A DNA stretch of 64,000 nucleotides, taken from sequence record CP113993.1, one strand, 5' to 3'. Positions 27,848 to 38,564 of this stretch are shown here, one piece after another (the stretch's first letter is position 1; each line of letters begins with the position of its first letter). Source of the DNA: a plasmid. Made by a program: the position numbers and the translations under genes. Below the pieces are notes generated by a model. That model was not told the origin of the DNA. It did no database searches and saw nothing but the letters and a program-made list of their open reading frames with translations.

Positions 27848-28551
27848 CAGCGTAACGTCCCTGCACTGGTGATGATGGTCCGGGTAGTCGGATCAATCCG
27901 CTGGATCACCACATTGCCCAGCGTCTGACCTTCTCTGACAGCCCAGGTACTACCCTGCCAGCGAATCCAGGCCATACCAGTTTCCATCGACATGATTTTC
28001 ATTCCGTTAAGTACAGACGACGTTTTTTTCTTTGCTGGATGCGGTGTGGAAGAGGATTCAGTGACGCTTTTCTGTGTCATTATTCCGTTCAGGCGGCTCC
28101 GGATATCATCCAGCTGACGGCGTGTTTCCTGTGCGTATTCTTCATCCTTTTTTATAGCTTCGCCCAGCTTGTTAATGCTGTCGTGAAGCATATTCAGTGT
28201 TGCCTGAATTTTTTCATCGCGGTTATCCAGCTCTGTTTTTACATCCCGGGCAAGCTGGCTCATATCTTCTCCTGTCCGGACAGTCATAGTCTCAGTGGAC
28301 TGAACGGAAGGTGATGATTCTTGTGTGGTTTGCCAGGTCTGTACGCCAGCATCCGCATCATTAAACGGAGGCATGCCTGTTTCCGATGGCGCTCTCAGGA
28401 ACAGATACCATATGGCTGCGAGCAACACGACTGCACATAGCCCCCATGTTGCTACAGATATCCCCCAGACGGAACGTTTCCAGAAGGGGGCGGGTTTCTC
28501 TTCGGGTTCACCGAAGCTGCCGGTTTCATCTATTTCTGTTTCAGGTTTCAT
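27847..28551 (-). CDS. traP: transfer protein TraP (single TM, coiled-coil periplasmic part), 234 aa
   Basis: TM segment plus charged and coiled regions. Coupled to traO and traQ. Confidence 0.55.
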   Translation of the reverse strand: MKPETEIDETGSFGEPEEKPAPFWKRSVWGISVATWGLCAVVLLAAIWYLFLRAPSETGMPPFNDADAGVQTWQTTQESSPSVQSTETMTVRTGEDMSQLARDVKTELDNRDEKIQATLNMLHDSINKLGEAIKKDEEYAQETRRQLDDIRSRLNGIMTQKSVTESSSTPHPAKKKTSSVLNGMKIMSMETGMAWIRWQGSTWAVREGQTLGNVVIQRIDPTTRTIITSAGTLR

Positions 28552-29840
28552 TATGGTGTCTCCGGTTGTTCATCATACCGACGTTGCATCACAGCTTTTC
28601 TTTGCTCCATGGCTGTCTGCATTCGTGCCTGCGAGCGTTGTTCCGCCTGTGATGTACGATTAACTGAAGGGGAAATGCCACTGGAAAGGGAAGATGACCT
28701 GGCGTCGTTTGTCATTACCGGGTCAACAAACAGAATTGATACGACTTCATGCTGATACACTTCTACCTGTTTATAGGGCTCACTTTCTGCCTGGCGGGTT
28801 AATATCTGACTTCCTCTTTCCGCCATACCACCGGCAATAACGCCCGCAACAGCTTCACCACTGGGCATTCCCACGCGTCCGGTAACCGTGCCATAGTTAC
28901 CCTGAATAACCTGCGTGTTGGCATCTTTATAAAGTGTGCCAATACTGCCCACACCTCCTAACACTGACGGCAGAATGATATGTTTAAACCAGCGTGTATT
29001 CACATTGCTGGCCACGGATGACATCAGGTTGTCTTCCCGTTGAGCATATGCATTGACCTTAAGGTCCATGCCGTTCCAGCTCATCCGGTCGAAATGGATC
29101 TCCACGCCGTTACCCACCAGTTTGACTCCCGGACTGAACAGCGTTGCCCCTGCCCAGGGGCCAGCGGGAATGGTTGCGATAACCTTGGATGACGGGTTAT
29201 CAGAATCCACTGCAGTATCAATATATGCCGGTATACGGGTCAGAGCAGGTATCAGTTGTATCCCTTTTTCTGCTACAGGCGTGGACAGGCTGGCATTCTT
29301 TAATGCGAATTGCTGCGTACCATTCTGCCCTGTTGTTTCTGCCGGAGATTTATTCCACATAGTCGTTGCTATGGTTGGTGTACTACCGGCAGGATGCTGA
29401 TCTTTTATTCTTACAATCAGCTTTTGCAGCCGCTCCATACGTTTTTCACTGGCTGCTCGATCCTCCTGTGGTGTGCCGGAAGCCTGGCGATGAGCATAGT
29501 TTTCCGGTTTTGCTGCAGGCTGTTGTTGCTTTTCCTGAGTGTCCGGAATATCAAGCCCCTGTGGAAGACTGGCAATGAACGTCTGATTATTGCGGGCTGC
29601 AGCTGCGGCCCCTCGTTCATTATCCGCTCTTAACAGTTCACGATAGTGAGGCGTTTCGGTAACGCTGCGCGTTCCGCCGCTTGCTGCACTGTTAATGTTC
29701 ACGGCTGACTGCATATCGCTGTTACTCCCTGATAGTTTGGAAAACGCGATATAGCCGCCGCCAAATAAGATGATGCTGCCCAGTCCAAGCAGGGCAGCCA
29801 GTTTCTTTCCGGATTTACCGGCATCCTGTTCAGCACTCAT
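28551..29840 (-). CDS. traO: transfer protein TraO (DotG-like core component), 429 aa
   Basis: N-terminal TM segment. Position. Confidence 0.6.
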   Translation of the reverse strand: MSAEQDAGKSGKKLAALLGLGSIILFGGGYIAFSKLSGSNSDMQSAVNINSAASGGTRSVTETPHYRELLRADNERGAAAAARNNQTFIASLPQGLDIPDTQEKQQQPAAKPENYAHRQASGTPQEDRAASEKRMERLQKLIVRIKDQHPAGSTPTIATTMWNKSPAETTGQNGTQQFALKNASLSTPVAEKGIQLIPALTRIPAYIDTAVDSDNPSSKVIATIPAGPWAGATLFSPGVKLVGNGVEIHFDRMSWNGMDLKVNAYAQREDNLMSSVASNVNTRWFKHIILPSVLGGVGSIGTLYKDANTQVIQGNYGTVTGRVGMPSGEAVAGVIAGGMAERGSQILTRQAESEPYKQVEVYQHEVVSILFVDPVMTNDARSSSLSSGISPSVNRTSQAEQRSQARMQTAMEQRKAVMQRRYDEQPETP

Positions 29841-29842
29841 GA

Positions 29843-30826
29843 TTACTCCAGTTCTGGTGTCACGTGAATGGACTGGCCATTCACAGAGAAAGTCAGTAGT
29901 GGGGTGACGGGAAGTTTCCAGAGATGAGTTCCGTCGGCAGAGGACAAGGTCTGTTCAAATTCATCGCGCAACATCGCCCGGGAACGAACCAGAAGGTCAT
30001 CGCCGTGTTGCCAGATCGTTGTATCCGGGACATTACCTGTGAATTTCAGCCTCTTAACTGAAGGGTCCCGGGGAGGAATACCATCCAGAAATGCCTGTAA
30101 TGTTGCATCATGCAGGGCGATCTTATCCGTCGGGATGGAGACAACCGGGCTGGTTGGTCCCTGCCGTGGTATTCGCAGATCCAGACGACTGTCCATTTCC
30201 TGACTGGATGACGGCGTATCTGTTTCGCCACTGGTTACGTTCAGGATGACCGGTACCGACAGACCTTTCAGGTAGACAGAAATATTTCCGGATGCCCATG
30301 GCCGCAATGGTGTGATTGTCACCATGTTCTCGTTGTACTGCACATCAAAGAGTTTTGGTGCCGCGTTATAAGGAGGATCGGATTGTGGCCATGGTGAACC
30401 GTTGATATCGGTAAATGTCACCACGCTCAGGTTGTTCATGGCTGTGCGAACAAGAGGAAGGCTGGCACCGGGGGACAGATTAACTGTCAGAGAGCTGATA
30501 CGGGGTACAACACTGGTGATGGGCGCATTGATGGCCCGCTCGTTATCCGCCATGAGACTGCGTAGTGAGCGAATCTCATCGGCGGAGAGCTCAGAATCAA
30601 GCCTTGCCGCATCCTGTACCAGCGGGCTGGCCTGCCCGGGGGCAGGCAGCTCACCTTTTACCAGTGTTGCCGGAACACCTCCGGTGTTTTGGGAGGCGTT
30701 CTGAACGTGATCGCTGGCAGAATTTGTCGTTTGTGGTGTGCGTGCGTTCTGCCATCCTGCGTTATCTGCAGACGTGGCGGCGCTGCACACCAGGAGCAGT
30801 GTGCTCAGTAAATAACGTGATTGCAT
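29843..30826 (-). CDS. traN: transfer protein TraN (DotH-like outer-membrane-associated), 327 aa
   Basis: Signal peptide MQSRYLLSTLLLVCSAATSA. Position. Confidence 0.6.
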   Translation of the reverse strand: MQSRYLLSTLLLVCSAATSADNAGWQNARTPQTTNSASDHVQNASQNTGGVPATLVKGELPAPGQASPLVQDAARLDSELSADEIRSLRSLMADNERAINAPITSVVPRISSLTVNLSPGASLPLVRTAMNNLSVVTFTDINGSPWPQSDPPYNAAPKLFDVQYNENMVTITPLRPWASGNISVYLKGLSVPVILNVTSGETDTPSSSQEMDSRLDLRIPRQGPTSPVVSIPTDKIALHDATLQAFLDGIPPRDPSVKRLKFTGNVPDTTIWQHGDDLLVRSRAMLRDEFEQTLSSADGTHLWKLPVTPLLTFSVNGQSIHVTPELE

Positions 30827-30836
30827 ATTACTTATC

Positions 30837-31529
30837 TCAGGAGTTCGGTCCGGCGTTACGGGAGATCATCTGCCGGATTTCCATACCGGATGGTTTCAGT
30901 CTGGGGTCAACACGCTGGATGGTGATTTCGAAAACAAAAGACTGTTCTGGCTTGCTGGTTGTCTGGCCGACCAGACGCATACGGACAGGATACTGGAATG
31001 TCCAGAACCATACGCCGTCGGACATTTGTCCCTGTCGTACCAGAACGCCAGCACCTGTCGTGGCGGTCAGATTCATCTTCTCTTTCTTGATCGTCTCCAG
31101 AATGTTAGATGCCTGTAATGCATTCACATATCCGACAAAACCTTCGTCAGAAAAACGCGGAGACAGGGAGGAGATCTGTGAACGATAGTGCACAAAATCC
31201 AGGTTGAATGCGGTCGCCAGTGCCTGGCTGCCAAAGGCCATTGCATCATTCTGACTCCATGCTGGCTGACTTGTTGGTGCCAGCCTGACCAGACGACCAT
31301 TGTCTGTAGCGAAATATTCGCGCTCCACATTCGTTGAGTGCCAGTACTGAATGGCGTTACCAGTAATACTGATAAGAAGACATGTGCCCGTACATAAAAG
31401 CGCTTTTATCAGCGCAGGGACATTATTTGCCCGCTGTTCTGACTGCTTCATAGCCCTGATTGTGCTCTTCAGTATTTCCGGGTCAGGTGCCGGATGTGAT
31501 GGCGAGGATGGCTCGGTATTTTCGGTCAT
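30837..31529 (-). CDS. traM: transfer protein TraM, 230 aa
   Basis: TM segment. Operon context. Confidence 0.55.
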   Translation of the reverse strand: MTENTEPSSPSHPAPDPEILKSTIRAMKQSEQRANNVPALIKALLCTGTCLLISITGNAIQYWHSTNVEREYFATDNGRLVRLAPTSQPAWSQNDAMAFGSQALATAFNLDFVHYRSQISSLSPRFSDEGFVGYVNALQASNILETIKKEKMNLTATTGAGVLVRQGQMSDGVWFWTFQYPVRMRLVGQTTSKPEQSFVFEITIQRVDPRLKPSGMEIRQMISRNAGPNS

Positions 31530-31873
31530 AGGTTGTAGTCCTTCCAGGGATCAATATTCCCCGGCAGCTTTTCATTCACCTTGTCCACGACCGCGTCGCA
31601 GACCTGGTTTTCCAGCTGCGACAGAATGTCGTCAAGGCTGGGGAACTGGGGGAGGTTTATGCTGATTTTTTTGATTCGTGACAGACAGGACTGCAGGGAT
31701 GAGGAAACATCGTTTTCACGTTGTGACCATGCATCCGCAGCTGCACGTGCTCGCTCATATCCTGTATTACTACCGGCCTGTGCCGCGCTACCCGCACGAC
31801 AGGTTGCAGCACTTGCCGTGGATGAAATCAGGATAAGGCCGAGCACGGCAACCAGAGACTTATGCATGTTCAT
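31526..31873 (-). CDS. traL: periplasmic transfer protein TraL, 115 aa
   Basis: Signal peptide. Coupled to traM. Confidence 0.5.
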   Translation of the reverse strand: MNMHKSLVAVLGLILISSTASAATCRAGSAAQAGSNTGYERARAAADAWSQRENDVSSSLQSCLSRIKKISINLPQFPSLDDILSQLENQVCDAVVDKVNEKLPGNIDPWKDYNL

Positions 31874-31890
31874 ATGGCTTCCTTACCGGC

Positions 31891-34800
31891 TCATCGGCCG
31901 GGGCTGTGGGAGAGATCCTGATGCAGAGTTTTTTCCTGCCTGTCCTCCGGCTTTTGGCTGTTGGACCACTGCTGCCATGACTGCTCGAAGCCCAGGTTCC
32001 GGTACAACGCATCAGGTTGTTTTTCCGGCGTGTAGACAGCAGCAAAAAGCGGTTCTTCCCGGGTTTTCAGATGAAACTGCATAAGCTCCGGTGCAGGGCG
32101 ATTCGTGCTGTCAGCATCGTGGTTTACCGCTTCACCATAACCTGCAAAGCGTAAACCTTTGTCGGTCAGCGCATTGATAACCAGCTGACTGTTGTCGGCT
32201 GATGGGGTGGCCAGTGCCGGATACAATGTGCCGTTCAGCCGGACCACACCCTGCAGATGTTCATCGGCACTCTGGACAAGTAGCAGGTTGAGTTCACGCG
32301 TATCCTTATCCACTGATCCCAGAACAGGTGTCAGCTTGTCAGGGGCTGCGCTGGTTATTTCTGTTACCTGATTTGCGTTCTGTGGCGCGGAGACCGGATG
32401 TCGGTCTTCACCGATAAACAGATGTGAGCCGACGTTTTCTGGCATACGTAACGCTTTCATCTCTTCGGGCCACCCCTGGCTGATTTGCGCAGCCACTTTC
32501 ATAAAGGTTTCGACCGGAATCGCCTGAATACGCTGACCTTTATCCGGATTATCATGTGATACCGAGATCCCGTTGGTAACTGACTCCATGGACCACTTAT
32601 TCCGGAAACGTGCTTTTTGCTCTCCCGGGAGGATGAATTGTTCGCGGTTCTGAAGTGTCAGTGTCACCACGTCACCTTTCTGATGGTTTTTGACCAGACT
32701 TTCCAGTTGTTCCCCCCAGTAGAGTTTGCTGCCACTGCGGTTTTTAAGCTCAACAAAGAAACTCTCTCCTTTGCCGGGTGCATATTCAGCACGACCAAAA
32801 TTGTGCAGTACGGCAGTCACGCTCTCTCCCGGGCGAAGTTTTCCTGGTGGTTCTTCGTCTGGTGCCACATCTGCCGTTTTGCCTGGTTCAGCCGGTGATG
32901 GTGCAGAGGCGGTGCTGACGGTTGATGCTTCAGGGGCTACTGGGGACGCCGGGGATTGTGTGGCTTCTTTTTCCTGAACGGGGTCAGGGACAGCCGGTTG
33001 TTCTGGGGTATTCCGGTTAAGTTCCGGTGTTGGCTGATGGGTGACAACTGCATCCTTACTGACAGCCATTTCCTTGCGTAATTTTTCTAGTTCAGCCCGT
33101 TGATCTGGCAATTTCATCCGGACATCGATGTTGTGCTCGATAATCAACTGCATTGCTTTTTGCTTAAAGGCATCACTGCCCGTCAGCTCTATGACGCCCC
33201 CATAAAATTTGGTGGCCACAGCAAGTGCGGCCAGAACGCTGCGATCGTCATTGCTGGCACCGTTGACCATTTCCAGCCGGTTTACCCGGTCAATGAAGGC
33301 AGGTTTGCCATCCAGTTTGTACAGGACGGTTCTGTCTGCTCGTTTTTCCCAGTCAAGCTCTTTAAGAATTTCGTCCATGTTGAGCGATATCGGTGCATCA
33401 GAACGTTCCGGGGCGTAGACAATACTGTCAGGTATCGGTGGAGTCGTCGTGGTTTCCGCTGAGGGCGTGGGATCACTGTTCTCATGCGCCTGTGAATCCG
33501 TTTTTTTACGCGTAAAAAGGCCACGCGCTTTGTCGAGAAACGATGAAGTATTATCAGAAGGTGATGTGCTCTGAACAGGTTGCTGCGGAGTGGGTTCATC
33601 CCGGACAGCCGGTTCTATAGTGGCTGTTGTGGCCTGAAGTTCTGACTCATCTGCCTGAACGGGGCCTGTGTCCGGTTGCGACGGCATATCACTGTTTTCC
33701 TGCAGATGCTCAGGATTTTCATTGTTCATCAGCTCCTGATATGCGCTGTAGTCTTCGTATTCTTCAGGGCCATCTGACTCAGGAAGGAACGGCTCTGGCT
33801 GAAGGGGAATGTCTTCAGTTACATGGCTGACCGCCTCTTCCCGGGGAGTATCCGGGGATATTCCGGTGCTTTGTTTGTCATCAGGCTCCGTCATCACGGT
33901 CATTTCCTCTTTGACTGCATCAGGGGAAGGTGATGGTTCGGCTGATTCATTCATGGTTTCAGATGAGGGGCTGTCTTCAGGGGCGGCGGGGGCAGCAGCA
34001 GGGGCCGGTATTTCTGGTGAAGTGCCGGACTCCTGTTGTAACTCGTTTTTTTCCGGTTGTGACAGTTCGGCTTCAAATTCACGCCAGTCTTTATCTGTGG
34101 CCACAGAGACAACTTTTTCCGGAGGTTCCGCCGGATGAGCGGGTTCATCAGGGGCAGACGCCGTTGTACTTTCCGGGGATGCCGGTGATTCTGCAGGGGA
34201 GTCCTGAACTACAGAGCTTTCCGTTTGCGCCTGAACGTTATCAGGGTGCCGCTCATCTTTGCCGTTATTTTCAGTGGCGTGACTGGTAAATGACAGTGTT
34301 TCATCAGCAATGTTACTGCTGGAAGCAGTTGGTTGTTCCTGCTGCGTGGCGGACGGCAGAGAAGGTCCCTGGTCATGGCTGTGCCCTGTATCGGGTGATG
34401 TTTCAGGATATTCTGTCGGAGTCATGGTTTTTTCCTCAGTGTGGACCGGTGTAAAAACGAGGTTGCCGATCACCAGTGCCTCCCGGATTTCCGGGGTGTT
34501 ACTGTTGGGGGTGGAAACCCCGATATGTTCTAACTGGGCGTTGATGACATGCTGAAAAGCGGCCCGTCCCCGGCTGGCGTCCAGGTCATTGAAATCGGTC
34601 AGTCCCTGCGCTTTTTCGGCATCGGTGAACGCAGGAAAGATGACCGATCCTCCTGTCAGTTCTGCGGCTTTTGTTGCACTGACGATACCTTTGTTAACCT
34701 GGCGTGCATGATCGTTGTCGGCACAGAAGATAAAGGGGCTTTGCTTCCATTTTTGCCGGGCATCTTCGGCCACGGCAATCATGTTGCCCGCATCCACTGT

Positions 34801-35694
34801 CATCAGCACCGGAAGGCCTGTGGCTTCGTGCAGGGAGGCGGCAGTGGCATAGCCCTCGGCAAACAGCACCGGCTGGCCGTTGCGCGGTGTACCCAGCGCA
34901 AACCAGTTACCGGTTTTCTCGGAATCTTTCAGGATGCGGGCATCCTTCCCGCCGGTGACCGGAATGCGCTGGTAGGAGCGTATTGCGCCGTTACGGTTGC
35001 GGAAAGGAATAACGAGCTCATTTTTGTCGTTTATTCGCACCCCCGGCGCAGCCTGAATGCCTTTCCGGGTCAGGTATTCATGTGCCGTGGCCTGCGGCCA
35101 TTTGTTGACATAGCGGCGGGCATAAGCAGCCTGTCGGTTGTACTGTGCTTTCAGTTCCCGCTCAGCGTCCTCCCTGCGTTGCAGCGAATGCGCTTTCAGG
35201 TGAAGCCTTGCGCGGGGATCTGTCTGCTCTCCGCCGGAGAAGGTCCAGTTGACCGGCGAATCATCCGCGCTGCGATAATCCCTGTACCAGCCGGCAGGTC
35301 TGCCGTCCAGGAAGCCGCGATATGCGCCACTTTTTTGCCCGTTTTTGTCATCGGTGGTCGGAACCCGGTGGATTTTACCGTCCATGGCCGGCAGTTCTTT
35401 CAGAACCAGTCCGGCATTTTCCAGTACCTGGGCAAACTCGGTGACCGGATCACTGCCGTTCATGGAGACTTCCTGCGGTCGGGGCAGCCAGCGGTCCAGC
35501 ATGGACAGGTCCGCCCCCGGGCGGGCAAACCAGAGTTTGTGCTCTTTATCCCAGAGGACGGGCGTGTGCCCGTTCATCGGGGGATGTGCTTTTTTGAGAT
35601 CTTCTATTTCATCTGCAGGCACGGCAAGCCAGGTGCGGTAGCGGGATACAGACGGCATGAGTGCTTCTCCTGAAAAAAGACGGAAAAAAACCAC
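31891..35694 (-). CDS. sog: Sog DNA primase (SogL; an internal in-frame start is expected to give SogS), 1267 aa
   Basis: N-terminal zinc-binding/TOPRIM primase region (VLFAEGYATAASLHEATGLPVLMTVDAGN). A long P/E/T/S-rich linker follows, then a C-terminal domain. Size and position as in IncI1 sog. Confidence 0.85.
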   Translation of the reverse strand: MVFFRLFSGEALMPSVSRYRTWLAVPADEIEDLKKAHPPMNGHTPVLWDKEHKLWFARPGADLSMLDRWLPRPQEVSMNGSDPVTEFAQVLENAGLVLKELPAMDGKIHRVPTTDDKNGQKSGAYRGFLDGRPAGWYRDYRSADDSPVNWTFSGGEQTDPRARLHLKAHSLQRREDAERELKAQYNRQAAYARRYVNKWPQATAHEYLTRKGIQAAPGVRINDKNELVIPFRNRNGAIRSYQRIPVTGGKDARILKDSEKTGNWFALGTPRNGQPVLFAEGYATAASLHEATGLPVLMTVDAGNMIAVAEDARQKWKQSPFIFCADNDHARQVNKGIVSATKAAELTGGSVIFPAFTDAEKAQGLTDFNDLDASRGRAAFQHVINAQLEHIGVSTPNSNTPEIREALVIGNLVFTPVHTEEKTMTPTEYPETSPDTGHSHDQGPSLPSATQQEQPTASSSNIADETLSFTSHATENNGKDERHPDNVQAQTESSVVQDSPAESPASPESTTASAPDEPAHPAEPPEKVVSVATDKDWREFEAELSQPEKNELQQESGTSPEIPAPAAAPAAPEDSPSSETMNESAEPSPSPDAVKEEMTVMTEPDDKQSTGISPDTPREEAVSHVTEDIPLQPEPFLPESDGPEEYEDYSAYQELMNNENPEHLQENSDMPSQPDTGPVQADESELQATTATIEPAVRDEPTPQQPVQSTSPSDNTSSFLDKARGLFTRKKTDSQAHENSDPTPSAETTTTPPIPDSIVYAPERSDAPISLNMDEILKELDWEKRADRTVLYKLDGKPAFIDRVNRLEMVNGASNDDRSVLAALAVATKFYGGVIELTGSDAFKQKAMQLIIEHNIDVRMKLPDQRAELEKLRKEMAVSKDAVVTHQPTPELNRNTPEQPAVPDPVQEKEATQSPASPVAPEASTVSTASAPSPAEPGKTADVAPDEEPPGKLRPGESVTAVLHNFGRAEYAPGKGESFFVELKNRSGSKLYWGEQLESLVKNHQKGDVVTLTLQNREQFILPGEQKARFRNKWSMESVTNGISVSHDNPDKGQRIQAIPVETFMKVAAQISQGWPEEMKALRMPENVGSHLFIGEDRHPVSAPQNANQVTEITSAAPDKLTPVLGSVDKDTRELNLLLVQSADEHLQGVVRLNGTLYPALATPSADNSQLVINALTDKGLRFAGYGEAVNHDADSTNRPAPELMQFHLKTREEPLFAAVYTPEKQPDALYRNLGFEQSWQQWSNSQKPEDRQEKTLHQDLSHSPGR

Positions 35695-35747
35695 CGCCGG
35701 AAGCCGGGGGTGGCTGGGGGGATAGAAAATCGGGGGAGAAATGTTTG

Positions 35748-36299
35748 TCAGGGTCTCCAGTCTGTACCCTTATTCCAGCGATCCTGCCAGTGTTCAAGAT
35801 ATTGTGCGGCTACATCCGGCATATTCTTAAGCACAACGACATTCTCTGAATTCTTGCGTGCAGCAGCACGAGAGAAGTTATAGGAGCCGGTTTCAACCGT
35901 GTTTCCGTCAACAATGATGACTTTGTCGTGATGGATGGGGAAGGCATCTACAGTCCGGAGAGGAATGTCCAGCAGGTTGATATATTTCATCGCTTCCTGA
36001 CTTGCCCGGTTCGTATTCCCCTTGTCATCAACAACAATACGGACATCCACTCCGCGTTTTTTCGCTTTTGCCAGCGCATGCATTACATCCGGGTCGGTGA
36101 AGGAATATGCCATCATCCTGATGGAGCTTTCCGCACTGTTGATTGTGTCAAGCACCAGAGCGGATGCGCTTCCTTCAGGAGAAAAGCCGACCTTCACGGA
36201 TGGCGTGTCGATCATTGCAAACGATGGTGTCGTGAACAGTAACGGGCATGCCAGTAGCGATACCCGGAGCAGAGTAACGATAGTTTTTTTACCTGACAT
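35748..36299 (-). CDS. nuc: phospholipase-D-family periplasmic endonuclease Nuc, 183 aa from the internal ATG
   Basis: HxK(x4)D motif HHDKVIIVDGNTVETGSYNFS. Signal peptide MSGKKTIVTLLRVSLLACPLL. The six-frame ORF continues upstream, but the ATG at 36299 gives the secreted form. Confidence 0.75.
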   Translation of the reverse strand: MSGKKTIVTLLRVSLLACPLLFTTPSFAMIDTPSVKVGFSPEGSASALVLDTINSAESSIRMMAYSFTDPDVMHALAKAKKRGVDVRIVVDDKGNTNRASQEAMKYINLLDIPLRTVDAFPIHHDKVIIVDGNTVETGSYNFSRAAARKNSENVVVLKNMPDVAAQYLEHWQDRWNKGTDWRP

Positions 36300-36313
36300 A
36301 AAGACTCCAGAAT

Positions 36314-36604
36314 TTAATCGAGGCCAGTCCAGTCTCGTGGTGATTCCGTATGGTGGCGATACCACCATGGACGACCGGAGGCGATGGCCCCTCTCAGAAT
36401 GCTGAAAATGCGAGTACAGATCGTCCTGACAGTCCAGCCTGAACGGTCGAGAATAACGAAAAATAAAATGATGCCGGTGCAAATCCAGAAGGTTGTTTTG
36501 GAGGGAAAGGGGCATATAAACAGATAAATCATGGTGAACGGCAGAGGTACGCCCTGGATGTTGACTGGCGGTGTTGCATATCGCCAGAAACCTTCTCTTT
36601 TCAT
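36314..36604 (-). CDS. traK: small membrane protein TraK (IcmT-like), 96 aa
   Basis: Hydrophobic 96-aa ORF coupled to traJ. Confidence 0.45.
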   Translation of the reverse strand: MKREGFWRYATPPVNIQGVPLPFTMIYLFICPFPSKTTFWICTGIILFFVILDRSGWTVRTICTRIFSILRGAIASGRPWWYRHHTESPRDWTGLD

Positions 36605-37749
36605 GACCGTAACTCCCCTGGCGGGATAAAAAGAATCGCTTCTCTTCGGTCAACTTCATTCCGGATATACATTTCCAGAATCTGGTCCCGGATACGGCGC
36701 TTCTCCTGCCGGATTATGGCATCAATGTGATGCCCCCACTCTGCATGCGGCATTCCGGAAAGATTGTCGCGAAGCTCATCGTTAATGACGATATATTCCC
36801 GGACGGCTTTACGACCACCGTCATTTGTTCTGACCAGAACCTGAACCAGAATGAACTGCAACAGTGACAGGACAGCCCAGGCCATCGAATCCCTGATGAC
36901 AGGGGGAAACAGCCCAAGAAGACGTGCCAGCGTTTCACCAGGAGATTTCGTATGCATGGTGCTCAGGCAGTAATGTCCGGTGTTGCCTGCCTGTACCGCT
37001 GCGTCGGCGGTTTCGTTATCCCTGATCTCACCAACACCGATAATTTCGGGATTACGTCGTACAGCAGAACGCAGTCCGGCAGCAAAACTGACCACATCAC
37101 GCCCGATTTCTGCCTGATGCGGTGGGAGCAGATCGTTTTCATTTCCCAGGATATATTCCACCGGGTCTTCATATGTCACGATTTTGGCGTCGGGGAAATT
37201 GTCCATAATGTAACGGTACAGTGCTGAACACAGCGTTGATTTTCCTGACCCGGTTTCACCACATACAAATCCCAGACCGCTTTTGCAGACCATTGCTTCA
37301 AGCAGGTCTGGTTCAATGTTCATGGAGAGAATGTCCGGTATTTCTGTCGGGATGACACGCATGGTTATTGAGATTGCTTTCTCCTCCGCACCAGATGTGC
37401 CCTGAATGAGGTGAGAGCGTAACCGGATGCGTTCTCCGCGTTTAAGACCATAGCGCCCGGATGCATCCCCGTTAATCTGTATCGTCCTGTCAACCGGATT
37501 GCCTGCCAGAACGCGGGGAATGACTTCCCGACCGAACAGTTCATCAATCAGGGAGGACATGAGTGTGGTTGGTAACGTTGCACTGGAACAACGCACCCGT
37601 CGGCCAAAGCGACTGACAGATACAGGTGACCCGCCGGTCAGATCCACATCACTGACTTTATGTGCGGCACACCAGACAAAGAAATGCCGTAGTTCATCTG
37701 CAGTGAAACGCTGAAACGGAAAAAGACCAAACTCATCAGGAATATTCAT
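36601..37749 (-). CDS. traJ: T4SS ATPase TraJ (DotB / VirB11 / PilT-like), 382 aa
   Basis: Walker A GETGSGKST. A histidine box lies downstream. Confidence 0.85.
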   Translation of the reverse strand: MNIPDEFGLFPFQRFTADELRHFFVWCAAHKVSDVDLTGGSPVSVSRFGRRVRCSSATLPTTLMSSLIDELFGREVIPRVLAGNPVDRTIQINGDASGRYGLKRGERIRLRSHLIQGTSGAEEKAISITMRVIPTEIPDILSMNIEPDLLEAMVCKSGLGFVCGETGSGKSTLCSALYRYIMDNFPDAKIVTYEDPVEYILGNENDLLPPHQAEIGRDVVSFAAGLRSAVRRNPEIIGVGEIRDNETADAAVQAGNTGHYCLSTMHTKSPGETLARLLGLFPPVIRDSMAWAVLSLLQFILVQVLVRTNDGGRKAVREYIVINDELRDNLSGMPHAEWGHHIDAIIRQEKRRIRDQILEMYIRNEVDRREAILFIPPGELRS

Positions 37750-38564
37750 CGGGAGCCTCCTTCAGTGCCTATAAGCGGACGCCAGTGAGATTTCTGAAGA
37801 TTGAATTCCGCATGATTTTTAAGGCGACGAACACGATCTCCAGTGACCAGTTTTTTCCCGTCACCTGTAACGGTTTGCATTTGATCAGAAACATCCGGAC
37901 GGGTGATCATGCCCTGACGCCAGAGAAGTGAGTACAGCATCATGCCCCGGTAATCACGGGTGAGGGTTTTCTGGTTGGCTTCAAGCGTCAGGTCGGCGTT
38001 TTGTCTTCCTTCCTGCCATCCCTGCCGTAATGCGGTTTCCCACACTTTTCGTTGCACGCTGTCTTCTGGAACGACGCTGCCTTCTGTACCCGGAGTGGCT
38101 GTTGTTGAAAGCCCCCGGAGAAGCCAGTCACGCCAGCCCGGTGGATTGCTGACAAAGCGTTCAGGGCGAATGATGGTCCAGACCCGGGAAGAGGTCCGGA
38201 TTTGATCTGGCGTGATATGAGCTACGTCCTGTGCTTCATCAATAACCGGTGGTAGCCAGCCTTCCGGGCTAATCAGTGGCCGGAAATCGTATAAGGCATT
38301 AAGTGTGCTTTCCCGGGCGTTGAGTGCCTGAATCAGCTCCCATGAACGCTGAGCCTTGCCACCACGAAATCCAAGCGTTTTACCTGCGTCGGTCAGCATT
38401 TTCCAGCGGGTTTCTGACAGACTATCCGGCTTTTCACTTCGTGGTTTAAGCCATGCATTAATGTCAGGTGGTGGCGTATTGACACCACCTGGCGAGATGG
38501 TGGGGGAAGAAGAACAACCAGTAAGCAGTATTACTGGCAAAATGAGAGAGGTGAGTGCTTTCAT
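37746..38564 (-). CDS. traI: outer-membrane lipoprotein TraI (DotC-like), 272 aa
   Basis: Lipobox LLTGCSS. Confidence 0.65.
   Translation of the reverse strand: MKALTSLILPVILLTGCSSSPTISPGGVNTPPPDINAWLKPRSEKPDSLSETRWKMLTDAGKTLGFRGGKAQRSWELIQALNARESTLNALYDFRPLISPEGWLPPVIDEAQDVAHITPDQIRTSSRVWTIIRPERFVSNPPGWRDWLLRGLSTTATPGTEGSVVPEDSVQRKVWETALRQGWQEGRQNADLTLEANQKTLTRDYRGMMLYSLLWRQGMITRPDVSDQMQTVTGDGKKLVTGDRVRRLKNHAEFNLQKSHWRPLIGTEGGSR

Noticed and set aside
33100-35673. Long plus-strand ORFs (e.g. 34549..35673, 374 aa) opposite sog
   Set aside because: They are antisense to the Sog primase, whose domain content is clear. The high-GC open frame is an artefact.
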